DNA of 30,963 nucleotides from a virus (Duplodnaviria; Heunggongvirae; Uroviricota; Caudoviricetes): positions 1-30,963 of IMG/VR virus record IMGVR_UViG_2548876954_000010. One strand, 5' to 3'. Shown here one piece after another: positions 16,147 through 24,592 of this stretch; position 1 is the first letter of the stretch; each line of letters begins with the position of its first letter. Below the pieces are notes generated by a model. That model ran no database searches and had not been told where the DNA came from. It worked only from the letters and a program-made list of their open reading frames with translations. The position numbers and the translations under genes were made by a program.

Positions 16147-16239
16147 CTGAACGCTCCCCGAGCCGGGCGGCACGCCGGTCAAAGTGGGTTTTGACCCTGA
16201 CGGCGACCGGCGTCCACCGCCCAACCTAATGAGGTTGTC

Positions 16240-16749
16240 ATGACGACAGTAATACTGAATCAGCCCGACGAACCGCAGGACGTACCGGGCGTGGTGATTC
16301 CCGCACCGGAGACGGGCGACGCAGTGATTAAAAACACGTTCTTTTTCCCTGATGTGGATCCGAAGCGGGTGCGCGAACTGATGCGCCTTGAGCAGACGGT
16401 TTCCGATGCGCGCCTGCGCAACGCCATCAAGACCGGCATGGCGGAAACCAATGCGGAGCTTTACGACTACCGGCTGCGCCAGATTGCCGCAGGGTTTAAG
16501 ACACTGGCCGACGTGCCTGACGCCGAGGAAATCGACGGCGAGAATGTGCGCGTTTTCCACTACCTCAGCGCCGTGACGGCGATGGCGACCGCCACCCTGT
16601 ATGAGCGTTATCGCGGGGTTGAGGCCACGGGCAAGGGTGACAAAAAAGCCGACAGCGTCGAAACCACCATTGATGACCTGTGGCGGGATATGCGCTGGTC
16701 GGTCTCGCGTCTGCAGGACAAGCCGCGCTGCATCGTGGGTCAGCTCTGA
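16240..16749 (+). CDS. L: Head completion / stabilisation protein (P2 gpL family)
   Basis: 169-aa ORF after M, before the lysis cassette, consistent with P2 L. Confidence 0.85.
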   Translation: MTTVILNQPDEPQDVPGVVIPAPETGDAVIKNTFFFPDVDPKRVRELMRLEQTVSDARLRNAIKTGMAETNAELYDYRLRQIAAGFKTLADVPDAEEIDGENVRVFHYLSAVTAMATATLYERYRGVEATGKGDKKADSVETTIDDLWRDMRWSVSRLQDKPRCIVGQL

Positions 16750-16952
16750 TGAAAGTCTACGCGATGCAGGGCGACACCCTCGACGCGCTTTGCGCCCGGT
16801 ATTACGGGCGCACTGAGGGCGTGGTCGAGACGGTGCTGCAGGCTAATCCCGGTCTGTCTGAGCTGGGCGTCATTCTGCCGCATGGCACGGCGATTGACCT
16901 GCCCGACGTGGCATCGTCACCCGTAACAGAAACTATCAACCTTTGGGAGTAA
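16749..16952 (+). CDS. X: Tail protein X (LysM-like small protein)
   Basis: Start MKVYAMQGDTLDALCARYYG (ATG 16749-16751, overlapping the L stop as ATGA). 67 aa, position as P2 X. Confidence 0.75.
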   Translation: MKVYAMQGDTLDALCARYYGRTEGVVETVLQANPGLSELGVILPHGTAIDLPDVASSPVTETINLWE

Positions 16953-16955
16953 ACC

Positions 16956-17252
16956 ATGACAGAAGGGGAAAAAGGCGTCCTGTCACTGTTTGTGATTGGC
17001 GTGATGATTGTTGTCGGAAAAGTGCTGGCGGGTGGTGAGCCCATTACCCCGCGCCTGTTTATCGGCCGCATGCTGCTCGGCGGTTTTGTTTCAATGGTCG
17101 CCGGTGTTGTTCTGGTGCAGTTTCCAGATATGTCACTGCCTGCCGTTTGTGGGATTGGATCCATGCTCGGCATTGCAGGTTATCAGGTGGTGGAAATCGC
17201 CATTCAGCGCCGCTTTAAGTCACAACAGGGGGATAGCGATGCCGGTCATTAA
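16956..17252 (+). CDS. Y: Holin (P2 gpY family)
   Basis: 98 aa with hydrophobic TM segments (VLSLFVIGVMIVVGKVLAGG, LLGGFVSMVAGVVLVQF) and a charged C-terminus. Sits immediately before the endolysin. Confidence 0.8.
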   Translation: MTEGEKGVLSLFVIGVMIVVGKVLAGGEPITPRLFIGRMLLGGFVSMVAGVVLVQFPDMSLPAVCGIGSMLGIAGYQVVEIAIQRRFKSQQGDSDAGH

Positions 17253-17736
17253 TACTCACCAGAATATCGCCGCATTTCTGGACATGCTGGCCTATTCCGA
17301 AGGGACGGCGACGCATCCGCTGACGAAAAATCGTGGTTACGACGTCATTGTCACTGGCCTTGATGGCAAGCCGGAAATTTTCACCGACTACACCGACCAC
17401 CCTTTCGCACATGGCAGACCAGCGAAAGTGTTTAATCGACGCGGCGAAAAATCCACGGCATCAGGGCGTTACCAGCAGCTTTATCTCTACTGGCCGCACT
17501 ATCAGAAACAACTCGCATTGCCTGATTTCAGCCCGTTGTCGCAGGACAAACTTGCGATTCAGTTAATCCGCGAACGCGGTGCCATTGAGGATATTAAGGC
17601 GGGGCGTATTGAGCGGGCAATTTCACGGTGCCGCAATATCTGGGCGTCGTTACCGGGTGCCGGTTACGGCCAACGTGAGCACAGCCTCGACAAACTGGTC
17701 ACCGTATGGCGCACCGCTGGCGGGGTAATGGAATGA
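17239..17736 (+). CDS. K: Endolysin (lysozyme, P2 gpK family)
   Basis: Start at MPVINTHQNIAAFLDMLAYSEGTATHP (ATG 17239), overlapping the holin end. 165 aa, lysozyme-like N-terminus. The longer ORF-track start at 17008 is in the holin region and rejected. Confidence 0.85.
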   Translation: MPVINTHQNIAAFLDMLAYSEGTATHPLTKNRGYDVIVTGLDGKPEIFTDYTDHPFAHGRPAKVFNRRGEKSTASGRYQQLYLYWPHYQKQLALPDFSPLSQDKLAIQLIRERGAIEDIKAGRIERAISRCRNIWASLPGAGYGQREHSLDKLVTVWRTAGGVME

Positions 17737-18146
17737 AAATCCTGATTACACTTCTGGTGCTGACTGTGCTCGGGATGTTGTGGTTGCGCCATGAGAACGG
17801 CAATTTATCCCGTTCCTTTGAGACAGCAAACCGCGTCGCGAGCGAACAAAAGACGACGATTGGCATGCTGAAAAATCAGCTCAGTGTTGCCGGTCAGCTT
17901 GCCAGACGTAATGAATCTGCGCAGGTGGCACTGCGTGAGCAACTCGCAAAGGCCAGCGAGGAAGCCAGCCGCCGCGAGCAGACAATAACGAGGTTACTTA
18001 ATGAAAATGAAGCCTTTCGCCGCTGGTATAACGCTGCTTTACCTGATGTTGTGCGTCGGTTGCACATCCGCACCGCCTGCGCCAGCGCCGGTGATTGTGG
18101 TCAACGGATGCCCGAGAGTGAGCCTTTGCCCGATGCCGGGAAGTGA
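17733..18146 (+). CDS. lysB: LysB-like inner-membrane spanin component
   Basis: Start MKILITLLVLTVLGMLWL (N-terminal TM), ATG overlapping the K stop, then coiled-coil-like charged sequence. Contains the embedded lysC frame. Confidence 0.7.
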   Translation: MKILITLLVLTVLGMLWLRHENGNLSRSFETANRVASEQKTTIGMLKNQLSVAGQLARRNESAQVALREQLAKASEEASRREQTITRLLNENEAFRRWYNAALPDVVRRLHIRTACASAGDCGQRMPESEPLPDAGK

Positions 18147-18291
18147 CCCGAAAACCAATGGTGACCTGAGCGCAGATATCCGCCGCCTTGAGGGCGCGCT
18201 GATCGCCTGCGCGCTACAGGTCAAAACCGTCAAACACTGTCAGGATGAACTCGATGCAGAAGCACAAAAGCCTGCGCAAAGCGCTGATTAA
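18001..18291 (+). CDS. lysC: LysC-like outer-membrane spanin lipoprotein, embedded out of frame in lysB
   Basis: 96-aa ORF in the +1 frame overlapping the lysB 3' half. Signal sequence with lipobox-like LCVGC and a Pro-rich segment (PPAPAPV), typical of Rz1-type spanins. Confidence 0.65.
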   Translation: MKMKPFAAGITLLYLMLCVGCTSAPPAPAPVIVVNGCPRVSLCPMPGSDPKTNGDLSADIRRLEGALIACALQVKTVKHCQDELDAEAQKPAQSAD

Positions 18292-18721
18292 CGCCGTGCC
18301 GCAGCTCCGAAACAACCCCGATATGCTGCGCCTTTTTGCCGACAACGGCCATACCGATTCCCGATTGGCGAGCTCGCTGTCGTTTGAAAAAGTGTACGTG
18401 CTTAACGTGGTGGTGACCGACTTCACCGGCGACCTTGATTTGATATTCGTGCCGGTGCAGGCGTGGCTGCGCGAACATCAGCCGGACATTATGACCACCG
18501 ACGACGGACGGGAAAAAGGATTCACCTGGATTATTGATATCAATAACGACGATTCGCTCGATATCAGTATCAGCCTGAGGCTCACCGAGCGCACGCTCGT
18601 CAAAGAGGTCGACGGCGCGCTGCATGTCAGCTATGCCCCTGAGCCGCCGCTGCCTGAGCCGGTGACGCGCCCGGTCGAGCTGTACGTTAACGGCGAACTG
18701 GTGAGTAAGTGGGATGAGTGA
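18245..18721 (+). CDS. R: Tail completion protein (P2 gpR family)
   Basis: 158-aa ORF after the lysis genes. Start may be 18245 or 18254. Confidence 0.8.
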   Translation: MNSMQKHKSLRKALINAVPQLRNNPDMLRLFADNGHTDSRLASSLSFEKVYVLNVVVTDFTGDLDLIFVPVQAWLREHQPDIMTTDDGREKGFTWIIDINNDDSLDISISLRLTERTLVKEVDGALHVSYAPEPPLPEPVTRPVELYVNGELVSKWDE

Positions 18722-19169
18722 GTTAACCGCACTGCAGGAACGCCTTGCCGGTCTGATTGCCAGCCTGTCACCGGCGGCGCGTCGGCAAATGGCGGCTGAG
18801 ATTGCGAAAAAGCTGCGTACCAGTCAGCAACAGCGTATCAAGCGCCAGCAGGCACCCGACGGCACCCCGTATGCGGCACGAAAGCGCCAGCCGGTGCGGA
18901 GCAAGAAAGGTCGGATTAAACGTGAAATGTTCGCCAAACTGCGCACCAGTCGCTTTATGAAAGCCAAAGGCAGCGACAGTGCGGCGGTGGTGGAGTTTAC
19001 CGGCAAGGTGCAGCGCATGGCGCGGGTGCATCAGTATGGGCTCAAAGACAGACCAAACCGCAACAGCCGGGATGTGCAGTACGAGGCGCGCCCGTTGCTC
19101 GGATACTCTTCATCAGACTTACAAAAAGTTGAGAGTTTAATTATGGATGCTTTATGTCAACGCCATTGA
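18714..19169 (+). CDS. S: Tail completion / virion morphogenesis protein (P2 gpS family)
   Basis: 151-aa ORF overlapping the R end, basic central region. Order R-S as in P2. Confidence 0.8.
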   Translation: MSELTALQERLAGLIASLSPAARRQMAAEIAKKLRTSQQQRIKRQQAPDGTPYAARKRQPVRSKKGRIKREMFAKLRTSRFMKAKGSDSAAVVEFTGKVQRMARVHQYGLKDRPNRNSRDVQYEARPLLGYSSSDLQKVESLIMDALCQRH

Positions 19170-19259
19170 CTTTGGATTCGCTGAGAATTACTATATATCT
19201 CAGCGATAGAGGTAGACTGGTGTCTAGGTGGGCGTGCCCACTGAGTTGGGTTCGATTCC

Positions 19260-20096
19260 CTAACCTCGTATTATTCCTCTCGATATTTTTATTGCTGGGT
19301 TTTCCTTTCTTATTTCATTTTTAATTTGCTCATCACAAATTAAATAATCTATGTTTTTTGCTTTAACAAGTTCTTTAACGCTAATGTTAATTGAATTTAA
19401 TAGATTTGCATTCCGCATGTTAGCCCCTTCATAAGTAACGGATTTAAAATCACATCCTTTTAATATGCAGCTTTTCATTTCGCTATCTGTAAAATACCCC
19501 CCTTCAAAACTGCAGTTTTCGAAAGTAACATTTTGAAAACGTGTATTAAATGCCTTAATATTTCTTAGCTTGCAGTTTTTGAATTTAACACTCTTAACTC
19601 TATTGCCTGTAATATTTAGAGCTTGAATTGTGCAATTATCGAAAGAACAATCTCTAATGTATGATTCGCTCATATTCAAGCCGGTTAAGTCAGCGTCTTT
19701 AAAATGTAAGTATTTGATAGTGGACATTTTATCAAGTTCAATCCTTGGAACTTGAATGTTATATATTCCTTTGGCATTTAACTGACGTATGATTTTTATC
19801 TTCATAATATTCAGTTCTGCAGAAGAATGCTTTGCCAGATTTTCAAGATCTTCAATTAGTTCGTGAATAGCATCTTTATTTTGCCTTTTATTTTCAAAAT
19901 AGTAAAGGATCACACCCAAAACAAGAAAGTCTAAAATTGAAGAATTTGCATTAACAAGAAAATTCTCCATGAATTTTGAGTTGTAGTTATCATTATAAAC
20001 AGACAACCCTACTATAAGCCCGGAGTATAAAAAAAAGATACCTATAATATATTTCATATTGCTTATTGTACGCCTAAAAGATGAAGTTCTTTTCAT
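19260..20096 (-). CDS. Membrane-anchored pentapeptide-repeat protein (moron, antisense to the late operon)
   Basis: Minus-strand ORF. Start taken at MKRTSS (20094-20096), with 20141 also possible. Two N-terminal hydrophobic helices (YIIGIFFLYSGLIVGLSV, ILDFLVLGVILYYF), then ~20 tandem pentapeptide repeats (CSFDN CTIQA LNITG NRVKS VKFKN CKLRN IKAFN TRFQN VTFEN CSFEG ...). Very AT-rich against a GC-rich backbone. Confidence 0.7.
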   Translation of the reverse strand: MKRTSSFRRTISNMKYIIGIFFLYSGLIVGLSVYNDNYNSKFMENFLVNANSSILDFLVLGVILYYFENKRQNKDAIHELIEDLENLAKHSSAELNIMKIKIIRQLNAKGIYNIQVPRIELDKMSTIKYLHFKDADLTGLNMSESYIRDCSFDNCTIQALNITGNRVKSVKFKNCKLRNIKAFNTRFQNVTFENCSFEGGYFTDSEMKSCILKGCDFKSVTYEGANMRNANLLNSINISVKELVKAKNIDYLICDEQIKNEIRKENPAIKISRGIIRG

Positions 20097-20233
20097 TACT
20101 ACCTGCCATATGTTTTGTGTGATTTTCGAATGAGTCAACACTCAAATGATACATGAATGCACACCGAATTGTGTAGAAGAGCATACAGCTGAATCGTTTT
20201 GCTCTTGGCTTTAACAATCGGCATTCTTTGTTC

Positions 20234-20869
20234 ATGAACACATTAAACACCATTCAAGAGTTAGCACGTGCCATTCGCAACCTCATCCGCTCAGGCGTGG
20301 TGACTGAGGTCGATACTGTGCAGGGGCTGTGCCGCGTACAAAGCGGCGGGATCCAGACTACATGGCTGAACTGGCTGACCACCCGCGCCGGTCGTTCGCG
20401 GACGTGGTGGGCTCCCTCGGTCGGTGAGCAGGTTCTGCTGCTGGCAATCGGTGGCGAGCTTGATACCGCTTTCGTGCTGCCGGGTATTTTCTCCGACGAT
20501 AACCCCGCCCCCTCTGCCTCGGAGGATGCGTGGCATGTGGTTTTCCCTGATGGTGCGGTCATTGAGTACGAGCCCGAGACCAGTGCGCTGACGGTCAGCG
20601 GCATCAAAACGGCCGACGTGACAACATCGGAGTCCATCACCGCAACCGTGCCGCTGGTACTGGTGAAAGCCTCGACCAGTATCACCCTCGACACCCCTGA
20701 GGTGATTTGCACCAATAAGCTGACGACGGCGACGCTTGAGGTGCAAAAGGGCGGCACGATGAAAGGCAACATCGAGCATACCGGCGGGTCACTGTCGTCT
20801 AACGGCAAGATACTCCACACCCATAAACACCCCGGCGACAGCGGCGGGCAAACGGGGGCTCCGTTATGA
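20234..20869 (+). CDS. V: Baseplate spike / assembly protein (P2 gpV family)
   Basis: Start at MNTLNTIQELARAIRNL (ATG 20234); 211 aa. Position before W-J-I as in P2. Confidence 0.85.
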   Translation: MNTLNTIQELARAIRNLIRSGVVTEVDTVQGLCRVQSGGIQTTWLNWLTTRAGRSRTWWAPSVGEQVLLLAIGGELDTAFVLPGIFSDDNPAPSASEDAWHVVFPDGAVIEYEPETSALTVSGIKTADVTTSESITATVPLVLVKASTSITLDTPEVICTNKLTTATLEVQKGGTMKGNIEHTGGSLSSNGKILHTHKHPGDSGGQTGAPL

Positions 20870-21213
20870 TGGCGCGCTATCAGGGTATGAACCGAAATAC
20901 CGGCCTCGGCATCAGCGACACCGAGCACATCAGCCAGAGCATGCGCGATATTCTGCTGACGCCGGTCGGCTCGCGGGTGATGCGTCGTGAATATGGCTCG
21001 CTTCTGTCGGCGCTGATTGATATGCCGCAAAACCCGGCGCTCAGGCTGCAAATTATGGTGGCGTGCTATTCGGCTATCCAGAAGTGGGAGCCGCGCATCC
21101 GGCTTACCGCCATCAGCTTTGAGACCGGCGACGCTGGCGAAATGTATGTCGATATTACCGGGATGCGTACCGATACCGGTGCGTCAGTTTCAACCACTGT
21201 TTCACTGAGTTAA
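20866..21213 (+). CDS. W: Baseplate wedge protein (P2 gpW, gp25-like)
   Basis: 115-aa ORF overlapping the V stop. Size and position as P2 W. Confidence 0.85.
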   Translation: MMARYQGMNRNTGLGISDTEHISQSMRDILLTPVGSRVMRREYGSLLSALIDMPQNPALRLQIMVACYSAIQKWEPRIRLTAISFETGDAGEMYVDITGMRTDTGASVSTTVSLS

Positions 21214-21219
21214 ATCACT

Positions 21220-22128
21220 ATGGCAACTGTTGACCTGAGTCAGTTACCCGTTCCCGACGTAGTTGAGGAACTGGACTATGAAACCATCCTTGCGGAACGC
21301 ATTGCAACGCTGATTTCGCTCTATCCCGAAGACCAGCAGGAGGCCATTGCCCGGACACTGGCGCTTGAGTCAGAGCCGATTGTTAAGCTGCTGCAGGAAA
21401 ACGCCTACCGTGAAGTTATCTGGCGTCAGCGGGTGAACGAAGCCGCGCAGGCAGTGACGCTGGCCTACTCCGCCGGTAACGACCTCGACGTCGTGGCCGG
21501 GAACAACAATACCGAACGCCTGACCATCACCCCGGCGGATGACACCACCATCCCGCCGACACCTGCCGTTATGGAATCCGATACCGACCTGCGTCTGCGC
21601 ACGCAACAGGCGTTTGAGGGCTTGAGCGTGGCGGGGCCGGTCGGCGCATATGAGTATCACGGTCGCAGCGCCGACGGGCGGGTCGCAGACGTGTCGGTCG
21701 CAAGTCCGTCGCCAGCCTGCGTGACGATTACCGTGCTATCGCGCGAGGGTGACGGCACTGCCAGCCCTGAACTACTGGCGATTGTTGATAAAGCGCTGAA
21801 CGCCGAAGATGTGCGCCCGGTGGCTGACCGGGTGACTGTCCAGTCAGCCGAGATTGTGCCGTACCAGATTGACGCGACGCTCTACGTTTACCCCGGCCCC
21901 GAATCTGAACCCATCAGACAGGCATCAGAGCAGAAGCTGCAGAGCTACATCAGCGCGCAGCACCGTCTCGGACGTGATATTCGACTGTCAGCCATTTATG
22001 CGGCGCTGCATGTTGAAGGGGTGCAGCGCGTCGAGCTGACATCACCGCAGGCCGACATTGTTCTGAGTAAGTCGCAGGCATCGAACTGTACAGAGTACCA
22101 GATAACTATCGGGGGCTCGGATGAGTGA
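21220..22128 (+). CDS. J: Baseplate assembly protein J
   Basis: 302-aa ORF following W, same operon. Size and position as P2 J. Confidence 0.9.
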   Translation: MATVDLSQLPVPDVVEELDYETILAERIATLISLYPEDQQEAIARTLALESEPIVKLLQENAYREVIWRQRVNEAAQAVTLAYSAGNDLDVVAGNNNTERLTITPADDTTIPPTPAVMESDTDLRLRTQQAFEGLSVAGPVGAYEYHGRSADGRVADVSVASPSPACVTITVLSREGDGTASPELLAIVDKALNAEDVRPVADRVTVQSAEIVPYQIDATLYVYPGPESEPIRQASEQKLQSYISAQHRLGRDIRLSAIYAALHVEGVQRVELTSPQADIVLSKSQASNCTEYQITIGGSDE

Positions 22129-22729
22129 CCGGCTGTTACCCGTTGGCTCGTCGCTGCTGGAGGTCGCTGCCGCTGCTGCGCTCTCTGAGATTCAGCGCGT
22201 GCCGGTACCGCTGCGCACCCTGTGGAACTGGCGCACCTGCCCGGTAAACCTGCTGCCGTATCTGGCGTGGGCGCTGTCGGTCGACCGGTGGGATGAGAAG
22301 TGGCCGGAGGCGACAAAGCGCAGCGTCTGCGCGTCTTCGTTTTTCGTCCATCAACACAAAGGCACCATCAGCGCATTGCGCCGGGTAGTCGAGCCGCTCG
22401 GCTTTCTGATTGAAGTGCGCGAGTGGTGGCAGCTCAACGAGGAGCCCGGCACATTCCGTCTTGTTGTCGGCGTGCTCGACAGCGGCATCACTGATGAGAT
22501 GTATCAGGAGCTTGAGCGCCTGATTGAAGACGCCAAACCGGCAAGCCGTCACCTTACCGGGCTGGCTATCAGCCTGAGTGCAACCGGTGAGCTGTACGTC
22601 GGCGCGGGATGTTACGACGGCGACGCGCTGACCGTTTACCCCTACACCCCCGAGGAAATTGTCGTTGGCGGTGAATATTACCCGGCCTCGGCCATCCATT
22701 TGATTGATAACCTGAGAGTGAACGCATGA
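22121..22729 (+). CDS. I: Baseplate / tail formation protein I
   Basis: 202-aa ORF overlapping the J end. Position as P2 I. Confidence 0.85.
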   Translation: MSDRLLPVGSSLLEVAAAAALSEIQRVPVPLRTLWNWRTCPVNLLPYLAWALSVDRWDEKWPEATKRSVCASSFFVHQHKGTISALRRVVEPLGFLIEVREWWQLNEEPGTFRLVVGVLDSGITDEMYQELERLIEDAKPASRHLTGLAISLSATGELYVGAGCYDGDALTVYPYTPEEIVVGGEYYPASAIHLIDNLRVNA

Positions 22730-23865
22730 CCGCAAAATATTTTGCCATTCTGACCAATCAGGGCGCGGCGCGGCTGGCGAACGCGGCGGCACTCGGTACC
22801 AAACTCAACCTGACGCAGATGGCCGTCGGTGATGCGAATGGTACGCTGCCGACCCCTGACCCGGCGCAGACGAAGCTCATTAACCAGAAGCGTATCGCGC
22901 CGCTGAACCTGCTGACCGTTGACCCGGCTAATACCAGCCAGATTATCGCGGAACAGATTATTCCCGAGAATGAAGGTGGTTTCTGGATCCGCGAGATTGG
23001 TCTCTATGATACTGATGGCATTCTGATTGCCGTGGCGAACTGCCCGGAGACCTACAAGCCGCAACTGCAGGAGGGAAGCGGCCGCACGCAGACCATTCGC
23101 ATGATTCTGATTGTATCGAGCACGTCGGCAATTACCCTGAAAATCGACCCGTCGGTCGTGCTGGCAACGCGTCAGTATGTCGACGATAAGGTTATCGAGG
23201 TGAAAGCCTATGCTGATAGTCTGCTGGCCGCACACCTCGCCGCTGCTGACCCGCACACGCAGTACCTCAAAACAGCGGATATTGATAAATATATTCCGGT
23301 TGGCTTTCCGCTGCCGTGGCCGCAGGCAACGCCGCCCGACGGCTGGCTAAAATGCAACGGTGCGGCTTTTGACAAGGCGAAATATCCAAAGCTGGCCGTT
23401 GCTTATCCTTCCGGTAATCTGCCTGATTTGCGCGGTGAGTTTCTGCGTGGCTGGGATGACGGGCGTGGCGTGGATGCAGGGCGTGCTCTGTTGAGCGCTC
23501 AGGGATTTGCTTTTGAAGACCATGCTCTGGAAATGCCAACCAACCAAGGCTATGCAGGTGTAGAACAGGGTAGCACTGAGCGTGATATCTATGCGGCTTT
23601 CTCTGATGGGATGCGATACATCGGGAAGGAAACCAGCAACGGGCAATGGGATGATTACACTCAATCAAAAATATACCTTCGTGCTGATGGTAAACCTGTG
23701 GGTAACAATGGCGGGCTGGCTGGTACTTCAGAGGCGCAATATTCATTTTTGCGTACCTATAAAGCAAGTACAGGGTGGCACAATCCGGGCTTAAACACGC
23801 CTAAGACTGCTGCAGAAACCCGCTCACGTAACATCGCGTTCAACTTCATCGTAAGGGCTGCATAA
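22726..23865 (+). CDS. H: Tail fibre protein (P2 gpH family) with C-terminal collar-like receptor-binding region
   Basis: Conserved N-terminus MTAKYFAILTNQGAARLANAAALGTKLNLTQMAVGDANG. C-terminal part contains LPDLRGEFLRGWDDGRG, typical of tail-collar domains. 379 aa, shorter than P2 H as I recall it. Confidence 0.85.
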   Translation: MTAKYFAILTNQGAARLANAAALGTKLNLTQMAVGDANGTLPTPDPAQTKLINQKRIAPLNLLTVDPANTSQIIAEQIIPENEGGFWIREIGLYDTDGILIAVANCPETYKPQLQEGSGRTQTIRMILIVSSTSAITLKIDPSVVLATRQYVDDKVIEVKAYADSLLAAHLAAADPHTQYLKTADIDKYIPVGFPLPWPQATPPDGWLKCNGAAFDKAKYPKLAVAYPSGNLPDLRGEFLRGWDDGRGVDAGRALLSAQGFAFEDHALEMPTNQGYAGVEQGSTERDIYAAFSDGMRYIGKETSNGQWDDYTQSKIYLRADGKPVGNNGGLAGTSEAQYSFLRTYKASTGWHNPGLNTPKTAAETRSRNIAFNFIVRAA

Positions 23866-24461
23866 TGGCAAAGGCAACGTTAAACAAAAACATGATTGCC
23901 ACTAAAGCTGGCGATATTACGGTTTTTAACTTTGATGGTGATACCGGAGAATATTTATCCGCGACGGTTGAGTTTCTTGCTGTAGGCGTTGGGCTTCCCG
24001 CGCACTCCTGTACGGATGCCCCACCGGATGGAAAAGACGGTTTTGCTATTTGTCGAATGACTGGTCAGGCTGGATGGGAATATGTTGTAGACCACCGGGG
24101 CGAACTGGTTTTTGATACGCAAACCGGACAAACTGTAAAGGTGACGAGGCCGGGTGACTATCCTGATAATGTGACCACCATTGCACCAACAACACCTTAT
24201 GACGAGTGGAGTGGTAGCGAATGGGTAACGGATGAAAATGCGTTGCAGCGGGGGCAGGTACTGGAAGCTGAGCAGAAAAAAGCCTCAATGCTGGCCGAAG
24301 CGCAAAGCGCAATCAGCCTGTGGCAGACTGAGCTGCAGCTCGGCATCATCAGCGACGATGACAAGGCCAGCCTGATTGCGTGGATGAAATACATTCAGGC
24401 ACTGAACGCGGTCGATACCTCCACGGCACCGGATATCGAGTGGCCGGTTAAACCGGAGTAA
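23865..24461 (+). CDS. G: Tail fibre assembly chaperone (P2 gpG family)
   Basis: 198-aa ORF immediately after H with overlapping start/stop. Position as P2 G. Confidence 0.8.
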   Translation: MAKATLNKNMIATKAGDITVFNFDGDTGEYLSATVEFLAVGVGLPAHSCTDAPPDGKDGFAICRMTGQAGWEYVVDHRGELVFDTQTGQTVKVTRPGDYPDNVTTIAPTTPYDEWSGSEWVTDENALQRGQVLEAEQKKASMLAEAQSAISLWQTELQLGIISDDDKASLIAWMKYIQALNAVDTSTAPDIEWPVKPE

Positions 24462-24466
24462 TGCGA

Positions 24467-24490
24467 GGCGGGCTGATGCCCGTCTTTTTT
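24467..24490 (+). terminator. Rho-independent terminator after the tail-fibre operon
   Basis: Stem GGCGGGC / GCCCGTC (one G-U pair), loop tgat, followed by TTTTTT (24485-24490). Confidence 0.55.
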
Positions 24491-24592
24491 ATGATTTGTT
24501 TATGTGTCATCCGCTACCCATCGCCGACAAATAGCTCCTCACCAGACCAGCCAGGACAATAACACTCGCCCACTAACCACGGAGTTAACCGG

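Noticed and set aside
16177-16197. Inverted repeat GGTCAAA-gtgggt-TTTGACC between M and L
   Set aside because: No following T-run and no precedent I can recall for a terminator between these genes in P2-like phages. Could be a minor RNA structure; insufficient evidence for a feature.
17008-17238. N-terminal extension of the endolysin ORF (242-aa version)
   Set aside because: The extension overlaps the holin gene in another frame. ATG at 17239 (MPVINTHQN) gives a lysozyme-sized 165-aa protein.
20254-21051. 265-aa and 162-aa minus-strand ORFs across V and W
   Set aside because: Antisense to the baseplate genes; Arg/Ser/Pro-rich translations without features; the sense-strand genes are syntenic with P2.
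22136-23767. Minus-strand ORFs of 218, 192, 166 and 105 aa across I and H
   Set aside because: Antisense shadows of the tail genes; no independent support.
24462-24592. G-to-FI intergenic region, the position of the Z/fun accessory locus in P2, checked for cargo
   Set aside because: Only about 130 bp here, containing a terminator and the FI promoter/RBS region. No inserted gene, so this hotspot is empty in this prophage.
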